A stretch of DNA of 64,000 nucleotides, taken from contig OZ220682.1 in NCBI GenBank assembly GCA_965116365.1, positions 2,008,001 through 2,072,000 of the forward strand. Reading direction: 5' to 3'. Below are positions 52,382-61,445 of the stretch, piece after piece. The DNA is from Dehalococcoidia bacterium. GTDB lineage: Bacteria > Chloroflexota > Dehalococcoidia > Lucifugimonadales > Lucifugimonadaceae. The translations under genes were made by a program, and so were the position numbers. The notes under the pieces were generated by a model that worked only from the letters and a program-made list of their open reading frames with translations, made no database searches and had not been told where the DNA came from. Position 1 is the stretch's first letter. The number at the start of each line of letters is the position of its first letter.

Positions 52382-52410
52382 CCCCTCTGGATTCCGGTTC
52401 TCCCCGGAAC
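52382..52410. repeat. Palindromic repeat family B (degenerate)
   Basis: cccctctggattccggttctccccggaac. Confidence 0.6.
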
Positions 52411-52429
52411 AACCTGGGTTTGGCACGTT

Positions 52430-52461
52430 CCCCTCTGGATCCCCGCGTGCGCGGGAATGGC
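52430..52461. repeat. Palindromic repeat family B (variant)
   Basis: cccctctggatccccgcgtgcgcgggaatggc. Confidence 0.65.
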
Positions 52462-52962
52462 ATCAGGGAGGGCGTCCGCCGTCTGGCTTGCTTTCGTTGG
52501 CGGAGCCGGCGTATGCCCCGCGTCCGAGCCCTGCAGCTACAACGGTCTTCGTTTACCGATTATTGGCGTACGTTGGACCCTGACATCAAAGGGGATTTGA
52601 CGGGCTCCGCCGGCGGGCGCCGTCAGCGCCCCGAGGTCTCCCGCCCGCAGGCCGGGTTGTTTGTAATTTTCGTCAACGGCGTAGAAAAGGAAAGGTGCAC
52701 GCTCTCCGTCTCGACGCGGCGATGTCTCTGGCGCCGCTCCGAGGGTTCGGCTCGGCGCTTGTTTGTTATATTACTACAGATGTAGCGGGAGTCAAGTGTC
52801 TGAACCGGGGATTGCGGGGATTTAGGGATTGGTGGGATTTTGGTGGTGGTGGGTATGAGCTTCCTACGGTGTGCCCCCTTTGTCCTTCGGACATTTCCCC
52901 CGCGAGCGGGGGAAACCCTGCCTTGTGGTCGCCCTGTTCGCCCTCGCCGGGGCCCTCTTAAT

Positions 52963-52981
52963 CTCCCCCTAGGAGGGGGAG
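52963..52981. repeat. Palindromic repeat family F
   Basis: ctccccctaggagggggag. Confidence 0.6.
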
Positions 52982-53078
52982 GGAAGGATGGAGGGGGAGA
53001 GGGGATATGCGCCACAGCCCTGTCTCGCCGGGAATACCCCGCTCGCGTCACTTCGTTTCGAAAGGGGCACACATTCCC

Positions 53079-53987
53079 CTACTTTGTGTTCAATTCGTGT
53101 TTTAGACAGGCTCGTAGGTCGCGATGTTCGAACTCGAAGCTGGCTTGTAGGAGTTTTTCGGGTATGACGAATTTGCTGTCGATGGCGAGTTCTTGGATGT
53201 AGTTACCGATGGCGAAGCGGGCGATGATTGCGGGCATCCATCCGAAGCAGGGCTTGTGCAGCGCGTCGGCGATGGCTTGAGATAGTTCGGAGTTTCTGAC
53301 GACGCCGGGTGAAACTACGTTGACCGGCCCGTTTAACGACTCGTTTTCGGCGACAAAGATCAGGGCCGAGATGGCGTCGTCGATGTGAATCCACGGCGTC
53401 CACTGCCTGCCGTTGCCTAGTCGTCCGCCGAGACCTAGCTTGAACGGCAGTATCATCACTGGAAGCGGCCCGTCATCGGCAGCAAACACCATGCCGAAAC
53501 GCGCGGTGGCTGTGCGAACGCCGAACTCCTCAGCACTCGCGGTCGCCGCTTCCCACGGAATGGCGATGTCGGCGAGGATGCCTTCGCCACGTTCGCTCTG
53601 TTCGGTCAGCTGTTCGTCGCCGCGATCGCCGTAGATGGCAACTCCCGAAGGGGTGATTAAGACGGTCGGAGGCGAGTCCATTCGGCGGCAGATCTCAACC
53701 AGCGTCTCGGTGGTGATGATACGGCTACTGGCGATTAGGTCCAGATATTCGCGTGTCCAGCGTTTCGCAACGGACGCGCCGGAGAGGTTGACTACGGCGT
53801 CGATGGGACCTAGATCGTCAATGTTGACGGAATCGGGATCGGTGGTGTCCCATGGGATCTGAGGAACGTCAGGTTCTGGATCGGGTTCTCGGCGCACGAG
53901 ATGGACCACCTCGTCGCCACGTTCGAGCAAGCGTGCGGTTAGTGATTTACCGATGAAACCGCTTGCTCCGGATATAAGAACCCTCAT
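53079..53987 (-). CDS. YfcH/TIGR01777-type NAD-dependent epimerase-like protein (with DUF1731-like C-terminus)
   Basis: MRVLISGASGFIGKSLTARLLERGDEVVHLVRR. The ATG at 53987 leaves a 7-nt gap to the upstream SDR stop. C-terminal segment P.KLL..GF.F....L..CL. Confidence 0.8.
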   Translation of the reverse strand: MRVLISGASGFIGKSLTARLLERGDEVVHLVRREPDPEPDVPQIPWDTTDPDSVNIDDLGPIDAVVNLSGASVAKRWTREYLDLIASSRIITTETLVEICRRMDSPPTVLITPSGVAIYGDRGDEQLTEQSERGEGILADIAIPWEAATASAEEFGVRTATARFGMVFAADDGPLPVMILPFKLGLGGRLGNGRQWTPWIHIDDAISALIFVAENESLNGPVNVVSPGVVRNSELSQAIADALHKPCFGWMPAIIARFAIGNYIQELAIDSKFVIPEKLLQASFEFEHRDLRACLKHELNTK

Positions 53988-53994
53988 GCTTAAA

Positions 53995-54795
53995 TCATAA
54001 AGCCGCGCCACCATCGACGGTGATCATGGAGCCGGTGACGCCGCTGGCTTCGTCGGATGCTGCGAATAGGAAGGCGTTGGCCAAGTCTTCGGGCATCATC
54101 AATCGTCCCATCGGGGTGTTAGAACGTCTGCCTTCGTAGTTTTCCGGGTTATCGATGCTCGTCGATGCGTCGTTTGGACTGTAGGCGTTGTTGCCTCTGA
54201 TGAATGGCGTGTCGACGTGTCCGGGCGAGATGATTACGGAGCGGATATTTTCCTTGGCGTAGCTTGCGGCAGCCGCTCGGTTCAGTCCGACCATGCCCAT
54301 CTTCTGCGCGGCGTATCCCGGTGATCCGCCACCGGGACGGATCGATGCAAGTGATCCTATGTTCAGGATTGCTCCACTGCCGGCTCGACGCATGGATGGC
54401 ACGACCGCTTTTATACCGAGAAAGGCTCCTGTCAAGCCGGTTTCCATGATGATGTGCCACATATCCAAGGATTGATCGTCGAAACTGACCCTGAAATTCG
54501 CCCCGGCATTGTTGCATAAGATGCTTACCGGTCCGAACGCGTCTTCAGTCGCGCTAACGCAATCCGTCCACCCTGCTTCATCGCGGACATCCAGTTCATA
54601 AGCGATTGCGCTGCCACCGTTCTCGGCAATGTCAGCACGAATCGTTTCAGCGGCATCCATTCGGAAGTCAGCGACACACACCGCCGCGCCGTGTTCTGCG
54701 AATAGTCGGCACTGTGCGCCGCCCATCGCTCCACCGCCGCCCGTCACGATGGCGACTTTGCCATCAAGTCTTTTTCCGAAGTTAGCCGTTGACAT
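53995..54795 (-). CDS. Short-chain dehydrogenase/reductase (SDR)
   Basis: The motifs VAIVTGGGGAMG, NNAG and YAAQK (YxxxK) plus a PG motif, forming the classical SDR set. Confidence 0.88.
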   Translation of the reverse strand: MSTANFGKRLDGKVAIVTGGGGAMGGAQCRLFAEHGAAVCVADFRMDAAETIRADIAENGGSAIAYELDVRDEAGWTDCVSATEDAFGPVSILCNNAGANFRVSFDDQSLDMWHIIMETGLTGAFLGIKAVVPSMRRAGSGAILNIGSLASIRPGGGSPGYAAQKMGMVGLNRAAAASYAKENIRSVIISPGHVDTPFIRGNNAYSPNDASTSIDNPENYEGRRSNTPMGRLMMPEDLANAFLFAASDEASGVTGSMITVDGGAAL

Positions 54796-54926
54796 TTACC
54801 ATGTTCCCGCAGATTGTTGGTAACGCCTGAAATGTTACATGGAAACCTAGACGAGTTCGCCATCGAGACCTTTGCAAAACTGTTTGGCAAGTCGATGGCT
54901 CGGTCCGTAGTTGTCCGCTGGTGCAT

Positions 54927-54958
54927 CCCTCTGGATTCCGGCTTTCGTCGGAATGACG
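54927..54958. repeat. Palindromic repeat family B
   Basis: ccctctggattccggctttcgtcggaatgacg. Confidence 0.8.
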
Positions 54959-55002
54959 TGAGCGTGCGACGGAATGACTGACTTTTCAATTGTCTTTTGA
55001 CG

Positions 55003-55809
55003 TTACGAACTAGGGGGAGTAATCAGCCCTAACAGTGCGCCTTGTGGATCGAAAATCCACGCGATGCGCCCTACTCCTGGCACGTCCCATGGCGGGTCCG
55101 GCAACTCGGCACCGTTCTGCACTGCTCGTTCAACTGCTGTATCCACATCATCGACGTTGAGGTAGACGACCCAAGTCGGACCACCGAGTCGCGCTAGTAA
55201 CTCTTCTGAAAGCCCGGCAAGAGCGCTGATGCCCATCACGGGTCCATCCTCGGTTCTGACTATTGAGTTGATCGATCCGTCCGGCATCTCCATAGGATCG
55301 GTCTTGACTCTCAGCAACGTACGGTAAAACGCGGCGGCGGTTTCAGGATCGGGCGTCATCAACTCGCACCACTGCATCGAACCATGTTCGTGCTTGATGG
55401 TGGGACCCGACTGAAACGCCTGCCAGATGTTCACTCTCCCACCGGTGGGATCCGCGATCTGTGCGCCAATCCCGTACTCTCCCACTTTCGATGGAGCCTC
55501 AACCACAGAACCGCCAAGATCTGGGACTCGCCTCGTGACATCCTCCATGTCGTCGACCAGAATTTGGATGCTCCACTGCGGCTTCGCACCGGACTCGATC
55601 TCCTCGTTGCTCTGCGAAGCAACCCCGGCTGAATACCCGGATGAGTTTTTCGCCCATGCGTAACGTCTTCCTCCTACGTCCTCTGGCGGCGCTTCGTCGT
55701 AGCCCCAACCGAACAGATTCGTGTAGAACGACATCGATGCCGCGATATCAGGCGAACTTAGGTCCACCCAAAACGGCGTTCCTTGAGTGAGATTGGTGTA
55801 TTGGGGCAT
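55003..55809 (-). CDS. Two-domain VOC (glyoxalase-fold) protein, paralogue 1 of 6
   Basis: MPQYTNLTQGTPFWVDLSSPDIAASMSFYTNLFGWGY, with a second half-domain around QWCELMT.DPE.AA.FY. The ATG at 55807-55809 was preferred over the GTG at 55824. Confidence 0.8.
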   Translation of the reverse strand: MPQYTNLTQGTPFWVDLSSPDIAASMSFYTNLFGWGYDEAPPEDVGGRRYAWAKNSSGYSAGVASQSNEEIESGAKPQWSIQILVDDMEDVTRRVPDLGGSVVEAPSKVGEYGIGAQIADPTGGRVNIWQAFQSGPTIKHEHGSMQWCELMTPDPETAAAFYRTLLRVKTDPMEMPDGSINSIVRTEDGPVMGISALAGLSEELLARLGGPTWVVYLNVDDVDTAVERAVQNGAELPDPPWDVPGVGRIAWIFDPQGALLGLITPPSS

Positions 55810-55820
55810 GATTAGTTCGA

Positions 55821-56627
55821 TCACTCCTCTCGCTGGTGCGGTTCGATGACGCAGAAATCGGCACCTTGGGGATCGCGGAGCACGATGAAACGTCCGACAT
55901 CGTTAACCGCGGGTTCGCTGGCCATCGCCTTGCCGCCGTTTGCGTGCACATAGTCAACTGCCCTGTCAAGATCGGTCACTTGAAAATAGACGAACCACAT
56001 CGATGGTACGCCATTCGCGATCATCTCATCCGGCCACTGAAACATACCCGCGACCGGGATGTTGTCCACGATCCACATCGTGTATTCGTTTAGATTGCCC
56101 TGCGGGGCAGTTACTGTCGCAACTCCGAGAACATCTTCGTAGAAGCGTACTGATTGCTTGAGATCGGTGCTAACGTGTTCGGACCAAGTCAATGCGCCCG
56201 GCTCTGCGCGGATTAGACTGCCTTGAAACTCCCCCGGTTGCCACAGTGTGGTCTGACAGCCAGTCGGGTCTTCGATTACAGCGACGCGCCCTGCGCGATC
56301 CACATCGGTAGCCTCGGCTAGAACCACATCGCCGCGTTGCCGGACGTGGCCTAGAGTCGCGTCGATGTCATCGACCGAGACGTAGACGTTCCAGTTCGGC
56401 TTCGAGGGAGCGCGTATCTGATCCGGACCCAGCTCGTAGATCGCCGCCGTAGCAACATCGTTCACCATCGCCATCGAATATGTGCCGATGCCCATTTCGC
56501 CCATCTGCTCGTCGATGTAGCTCCATCCGAAGAGTCCTGAGTAGAAATCTCTGGCCGCTGCGAGATCGTTCGTCGCTAGATCGACCCAACACGGCGTTCC
56601 GTGTTGATACTTGGCAAGTAGCGGCAA
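55821..56627 (-). CDS. Two-domain VOC protein, paralogue 2 of 6
   Basis: MPLLAKYQHGTPCWVDLATNDLAAARDFYSGLFGWSY. Confidence 0.8.
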   Translation of the reverse strand: MPLLAKYQHGTPCWVDLATNDLAAARDFYSGLFGWSYIDEQMGEMGIGTYSMAMVNDVATAAIYELGPDQIRAPSKPNWNVYVSVDDIDATLGHVRQRGDVVLAEATDVDRAGRVAVIEDPTGCQTTLWQPGEFQGSLIRAEPGALTWSEHVSTDLKQSVRFYEDVLGVATVTAPQGNLNEYTMWIVDNIPVAGMFQWPDEMIANGVPSMWFVYFQVTDLDRAVDYVHANGGKAMASEPAVNDVGRFIVLRDPQGADFCVIEPHQREE

Positions 56628-56645
56628 TGTTCGGGACGGTTGGTA

Positions 56646-57443
56646 TCAGACCGTTGGCAACTGCTGAATGCCAAAAACCGCACCTTGCGGATCTTGCATC
56701 ACCGCGAATGTGCCCACCATTGGCAACACTTCTGGGCCGAAATGTACGGTTGCACCTAACGACGTCGCGGTCTCGACGGTCGCCGTTGCATCATCTACTC
56801 TGAAGTAGACCTCCCAGTGCGGCGGGACGCCCATTTCGACCAGATGTTCTGGCGATGGCATCACACCAGCGACAGGCACGCCCTCGACCATGAGCATGTG
56901 GTACGGTTCGCCCTCTGGTGTTGGCATCGTTTCTATATCGAGATCGATGCCGAGTAGTTCGGTGTAAAACTTGCCTGCGCCCTCTTGATCTGAGGTCAGC
57001 AACTCGGCCCAGGTCAACGCGCCGTGCTCATCTCGAATTTCGCAACCGATATTGGCCTTCGCCTGCCAGAACTGAATCATCGCGCCGGTGGGGTCTTGCG
57101 CCATTATCATCCGTCCGGATTCGTCCTCATCGAACTCATCAACGATGATCGTTCCACCAAGATCAGAGACTTTTGAAGCGGTTGCCTCAATGTCGTCAAC
57201 CGCTAGGTAAACCTTCCAGTGCGGTGGGACTCCAGCCTCAGCTTCCTGAGCGACCTGTGTGAATATCGCTCCGGCGTCTGATCCGTTGAGCTTGGCTATT
57301 GAGTAGACTTGGCCTTCGCCCATAGGGATGTCTTGGTAATCCCATCCAAAGATCGCCGAATAGAACGCCTTGGCTCCGTCCTGATCCGTCGTAGATAAAT
57401 CGGTCCAACAGGGTGTTCCCTGTTTGTAGCTTTCGATCTTCAA
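56646..57443 (-). CDS. Two-domain VOC protein, paralogue 3 of 6
   Basis: MKIESYKQGTPCWTDLSTTDQDGAKAFYSAIFGWDY... and VPPHWEVYFRVDD. Confidence 0.8.
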   Translation of the reverse strand: MKIESYKQGTPCWTDLSTTDQDGAKAFYSAIFGWDYQDIPMGEGQVYSIAKLNGSDAGAIFTQVAQEAEAGVPPHWKVYLAVDDIEATASKVSDLGGTIIVDEFDEDESGRMIMAQDPTGAMIQFWQAKANIGCEIRDEHGALTWAELLTSDQEGAGKFYTELLGIDLDIETMPTPEGEPYHMLMVEGVPVAGVMPSPEHLVEMGVPPHWEVYFRVDDATATVETATSLGATVHFGPEVLPMVGTFAVMQDPQGAVFGIQQLPTV

Positions 57444-57467
57444 GTCGATATTCCTTTCGCTGGTCGG

Positions 57468-58268
57468 TTATCCAGTTGGCGGCGATTGGACACCGAACTG
57501 TGCGCCTTGGGGATCTTGCATGTAGCCGATCGTTCCCATGGGGCCCAAATCCGCCGGTCCCATGTAAACCTGCCCGCCGCTCGCCGTCGTCGCGTCGCAG
57601 ACTGCCTGCGCGTCGTCGACTCTGAAGTAGACCTCCCAGTGCGAGGGAACTCCCATATCGACTAGTTGTTGCGGCATGTTCATGATGCTTGCCACAGGTT
57701 GACCGTTGACGACTAACTGATGAACTGTTCCACCGTCAGGCGACGACATCGCGTCTTTGGCGACTTCGATGTCTAGCAACTCCGAGTAGAAAGTTGCTGT
57801 CGCATCTTTGTCGGTAGTCAACACCAGAGTCCACGTCAACGCACCATGCTCATCACGGACCTCCGCGCCGATGTGTTGATTCGGCTGCCAGAACATGACT
57901 ACAGCACCGACTGAGTCCTGGGCGACGATCATTCGTCCGGCATCGAACACGTCCAGAGGAGCCATGAGCACGTTACCGCCCAACTCTGGTACTCGTTCGG
58001 CAACGGCGTCCACATCATCTACCGTGATGTAGACATTCCAGTGTGGCGGTACGCCCTGCTGAGCTTCTTCTGGCTGCTGAGGAGCGATGGCGCCTGCGGG
58101 AGAGCCACCGATTTGGGCCATGGAATAGATCATTCCGTTACCCGCATCGTTGTCTTCGTATTCCCATCCGAAAAGGGTCGAATAAAACCCTTTAGCAGCT
58201 TCCTGATCTGAGGTCGATAGATCGACCCATGACGGGGTCCCCTGAGCGTATTTTTCAACTTTGGGCAT
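57468..58268 (-). CDS. Two-domain VOC protein, paralogue 4 of 6
   Basis: MPKVEKYAQGTPSWVDLSTSDQEAAKGFYSTLFGWEY. By eye it is about 50% identical to paralogue 3. Confidence 0.8.
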   Translation of the reverse strand: MPKVEKYAQGTPSWVDLSTSDQEAAKGFYSTLFGWEYEDNDAGNGMIYSMAQIGGSPAGAIAPQQPEEAQQGVPPHWNVYITVDDVDAVAERVPELGGNVLMAPLDVFDAGRMIVAQDSVGAVVMFWQPNQHIGAEVRDEHGALTWTLVLTTDKDATATFYSELLDIEVAKDAMSSPDGGTVHQLVVNGQPVASIMNMPQQLVDMGVPSHWEVYFRVDDAQAVCDATTASGGQVYMGPADLGPMGTIGYMQDPQGAQFGVQSPPTG

Positions 58269-58353
58269 GTGTTGTCGGCCTTTCTCGCCTATTCGTGTTG
58301 TCGCATTGGACGCGTCAAAGTGACCTTCGACACGTTACGTTGCCAATTTGTGA

Positions 58354-59211
58354 TTACTCCATAGGCCGCAACGACATGATGCTGAACGTTGCGCCGTGAG
58401 GATCGTTGATCACCGAGAACTTACCGGGCGGTATCTCGGTAGGCGGCACACATACGGCGCCGCCAAGCTCAGCGGCCTTCGCCGCCGACGCGTCGCAATC
58501 CTCAACTCGGAAATATGTCATGAAGTGCGACGGCATGTCGCCCCAACTCGCGTCCATCTCCATCATCCCGCCACGGTCCGGTTCTAGGCCGGGCACCTTT
58601 AGCCAGTGATACTCGTATTCGATATCGCCTTCAGCATCCTCATAGTCAGTCGGCGGCCGCATCAAATCGACTCGTTGATACCGGCTGCCGAACACATGTC
58701 CGACGAAATCGTTGAGCCCCGCGACGTCACGTGTGTAGTACTCGACCCAACATACGCCGCCAACTTCCCAAAACGCTTCGTTCTCTACGCCCTTTTCGCC
58801 GCTCCAAACAACGAACGGAGCACCTTCAGGTGTTTTCAAGAGTGATTTACTACCGCCACTCGCAGGGTCGTCGCAAGCCGTCATGATGACTGAACCGCCC
58901 TTCTCGACGGCTCGTTCCATCGCTGTATCGGCGTCATCAACCCAGAACGCGTTGACCCAGTTGAACGGTTCCGGTGGTAACGGCATTCCCTCGCTGTATG
59001 TGTAGACGCCGCCGACTACCTTGTCGCCGAGCTGCGCCTGCGAGAACACGCCTTTTGGACTCGACATGAGATCGTGCCACTCCCATCCCAGCAACTTCGC
59101 GTAGAACTTCTTGGTCGCATCCACATCCCTCGACGCCAAATCCCACCAAACTGGCGTGCCCTGCACATGTCCAGACGAGTTGCTCAACTGCTTCTCCTGA
59201 CTTGCTTGCAA
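58354..59211 (-). CDS. Two-domain VOC protein, paralogue 5 of 6 (most divergent)
   Basis: GHVQGTPVWWDLASRDVDATKKFYAKLLGWEW, and a second domain with SHFMTYFRVEDCD. Confidence 0.75.
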   Translation of the reverse strand: MQASQEKQLSNSSGHVQGTPVWWDLASRDVDATKKFYAKLLGWEWHDLMSSPKGVFSQAQLGDKVVGGVYTYSEGMPLPPEPFNWVNAFWVDDADTAMERAVEKGGSVIMTACDDPASGGSKSLLKTPEGAPFVVWSGEKGVENEAFWEVGGVCWVEYYTRDVAGLNDFVGHVFGSRYQRVDLMRPPTDYEDAEGDIEYEYHWLKVPGLEPDRGGMMEMDASWGDMPSHFMTYFRVEDCDASAAKAAELGGAVCVPPTEIPPGKFSVINDPHGATFSIMSLRPME

Positions 59212-59315
59212 TCGAGACGAGAATCTTTCTCAACCGATTAGAGATAGTAACTAGCGAAGATTATCTAACGTTGACGTGCGATACACCAACTCAACATAGG
59301 AAAAGCCTCTGCTAC

Positions 59316-60092
59316 TCAACCGGCAGGCTGCCACAGGTTGAAGCGAACGCCTTGGGGATCCACGAGGGACGCGAGCGACCCCGGCGGGACATCCATCACC
59401 GGAAATACTACTTTTGCTCCAAGCGATTCGGCTCTTGCAACTGACGCGTGAATATCTTCGACCATGAAGTACGTGGCCCATCGCGCCGTAGATTCGCCCT
59501 CTGTCAACTCGAAAAACGCGCATGGCATCTGCTCACCATCGATGGAAAGCATCGTCACTGTGTAGTCTGAGCCAGCAGCATCACTCATCGGAATCGTTAT
59601 CGTGTCGAAATCTACGCCGAAAGTCTCAGAGTAAAACCGCTTTGCGGCTTCGAGATCTCCGGTGTGATACTCGACCCAACACACCGAACCCGGTTCTCCG
59701 AATATGTCGGCACCGTAACCTTTCAGGCTTTGCCATATGCCGAACACAGGGCCCTCTGGCGTGGCGACGGTTGCGGTTACGCCCCAACCGTCGGCATTGT
59801 GAGGCTCGGTAAGCACGCTACCGCCGTTCGCCTCGATACGTCTCGCCGTCGCTTCGGCATCCTCGACATAGACGCTGTTGACCCACACTCCCATAATCCC
59901 GTGAATTTCATCGTTCTCGGACATACCGGCGATGTTGGTGTCGTTTCTAATCGCCATGTGGTAGGTATTGCCACCCGACATCGGGACATCCGCCCACTCC
60001 CAGCCGAAGAGACCGGAATAGAAATCCTTCGCTCCTTGCGGATCAGGCGTGGACAGATTGAACCAGATCGGGTTGCCTTGCAGTTGCGGCAT
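59316..60092 (-). CDS. Two-domain VOC protein, paralogue 6 of 6
   Basis: MPQLQGNPIWFNLSTPDPQGAKDFYSGLFGWEW. The ATG at 60090-60092 removes the 26-nt overlap with the next gene that the ORF-track start (60134) would create. The start remains uncertain. Confidence 0.75.
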   Translation of the reverse strand: MPQLQGNPIWFNLSTPDPQGAKDFYSGLFGWEWADVPMSGGNTYHMAIRNDTNIAGMSENDEIHGIMGVWVNSVYVEDAEATARRIEANGGSVLTEPHNADGWGVTATVATPEGPVFGIWQSLKGYGADIFGEPGSVCWVEYHTGDLEAAKRFYSETFGVDFDTITIPMSDAAGSDYTVTMLSIDGEQMPCAFFELTEGESTARWATYFMVEDIHASVARAESLGAKVVFPVMDVPPGSLASLVDPQGVRFNLWQPAG

Positions 60093-60108
60093 TCTTGGTT
60101 GAGTTATC

Positions 60109-60780
60109 TCAATGATCCTTTTTGCCTTTTTCATCCAACGGATAGTGCATTAGTTTGTTCAACGTTTCATCATCGAGCCCAGTTTTGTTGGTCTTCACCA
60201 TTTCGTCCCACAACGAACGTAGGTATTTGGCATCTAATTCGCGAGTCACATCGACGATGTTTTCCGTAAGTTCTTTAATGTCGCCGATCTCCAGAATGTA
60301 TCCGTATCGCTCAAGTTCGCCGTCGTACACCGACATGAATGTCGGTATCGGGTGCATATCAGTCCACACAAAACCGGTCAATTTCGAAGACATCAAAACA
60401 GGGCCGTTCCGAAAATCCGATTCGATGTACCGGTTAGGTGAAATAGCACCGTGGATAATGCGATTTCGTCGTTTATTCAGTTCATTGAGACAGGACTGCA
60501 AGTTCACTTTTCCAGTCAACCGCTCAATGGCGAGCGAAACGGGTTGGTGTGCTTCTGATTTATGAAGAAAAGATCGCACATCAAGAATCGGCATCGGATG
60601 AAATGCACCGCCTTCATATTTGGCTTTGTCTAAAGCCCATAGTCTCCATTCCAACTCGGACCACGCCGCATGAAACGAACCTACAGCTCGAATTAAGGCT
60701 TTGCGTTGCATCCCGAAAATCAACTGATTGACACTCCAGGGAAGACGTGATCGAAGGCGTCTGATCCGCGCTTGATCCAT
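60109..60780 (-). CDS. Hypothetical protein with an RNxxxH (HEPN-type) motif, in an AT-rich insert
   Basis: The ATG at 60778-60780 gives MDQARIRRLR.... The motif LNELNKRRNRIIHGA contains R-N-R-I-I-H, which fits the HEPN Rx4-6H consensus. Sampled lines give 42-45% GC, against 55% in the flanking VOC gene. Confidence 0.5.
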   Translation of the reverse strand: MDQARIRRLRSRLPWSVNQLIFGMQRKALIRAVGSFHAAWSELEWRLWALDKAKYEGGAFHPMPILDVRSFLHKSEAHQPVSLAIERLTGKVNLQSCLNELNKRRNRIIHGAISPNRYIESDFRNGPVLMSSKLTGFVWTDMHPIPTFMSVYDGELERYGYILEIGDIKELTENIVDVTRELDAKYLRSLWDEMVKTNKTGLDDETLNKLMHYPLDEKGKKDH

Positions 60781-60923
60781 GTTGAGTTGCTCCTGTTTGA
60801 TTACGAAAAACGTTAGATAGCGAATCCGCACAAAGCGACCGTTGCTTTCGCGGCGGTCTTATCCCGATCACCAAAGATCAGGGGAAGGTAGTTCGATAAT
60901 AGCACATATATTTCATTACGGTT

Positions 60924-61445
60924 TCACTTATTAATCCCTCTCATCATCCCGCGCAGGTACTCGATCTGCCCCAGATGCTCAGCCTCTTCGCAAAGCAGGT
61001 GCCCTAGCACCCACGCGTAGGTGATCGGATCGTAGCGGGGATGCGTTAGCTCGATGGTTAGATCCGATTCTTGCATCTCGTTTTCGAAGTATTCGGTTGT
61101 GCCTTCACGGACGGCTTGGTAGTAGTCCATGACCTTCGGTACATCGAACGCGGGCATGGCGCGGATGTCCTCGGCGGTCTGACCGAATCCGTTGGTCGGC
61201 TCTTCGACGCCGCAGCGCTCGGCCCATCTGTCGCGGTCCCAGATCGATTCTGAATTGCGAAGCCGGACGTTGATCCAGTTGTCCTCAACCCGCGCCATGT
61301 GCCACACCATCCAATCGATGGTGTTCGACTCCAATGCTGGCCGCCAGTGGAGTTCGTCTTCGGAAAGGCCGTCTAGCGCCCTCTTCAGTTTCTCAAAAGC
61401 CTCGTTGAGACCAGAATCGATGGCTGCTAAGAACGGTTTCATCAT
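60924..61445 (-). CDS. DinB-family (four-helix bundle, DinB_2-like) protein, paralogue 1 of 3
   Basis: LDGLSEDELHWRP...NTIDWMVWHMARVED and LGHLLCEEAEHLGQIEYLRGMMRG. Confidence 0.8.
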   Translation of the reverse strand: MMKPFLAAIDSGLNEAFEKLKRALDGLSEDELHWRPALESNTIDWMVWHMARVEDNWINVRLRNSESIWDRDRWAERCGVEEPTNGFGQTAEDIRAMPAFDVPKVMDYYQAVREGTTEYFENEMQESDLTIELTHPRYDPITYAWVLGHLLCEEAEHLGQIEYLRGMMRGINK

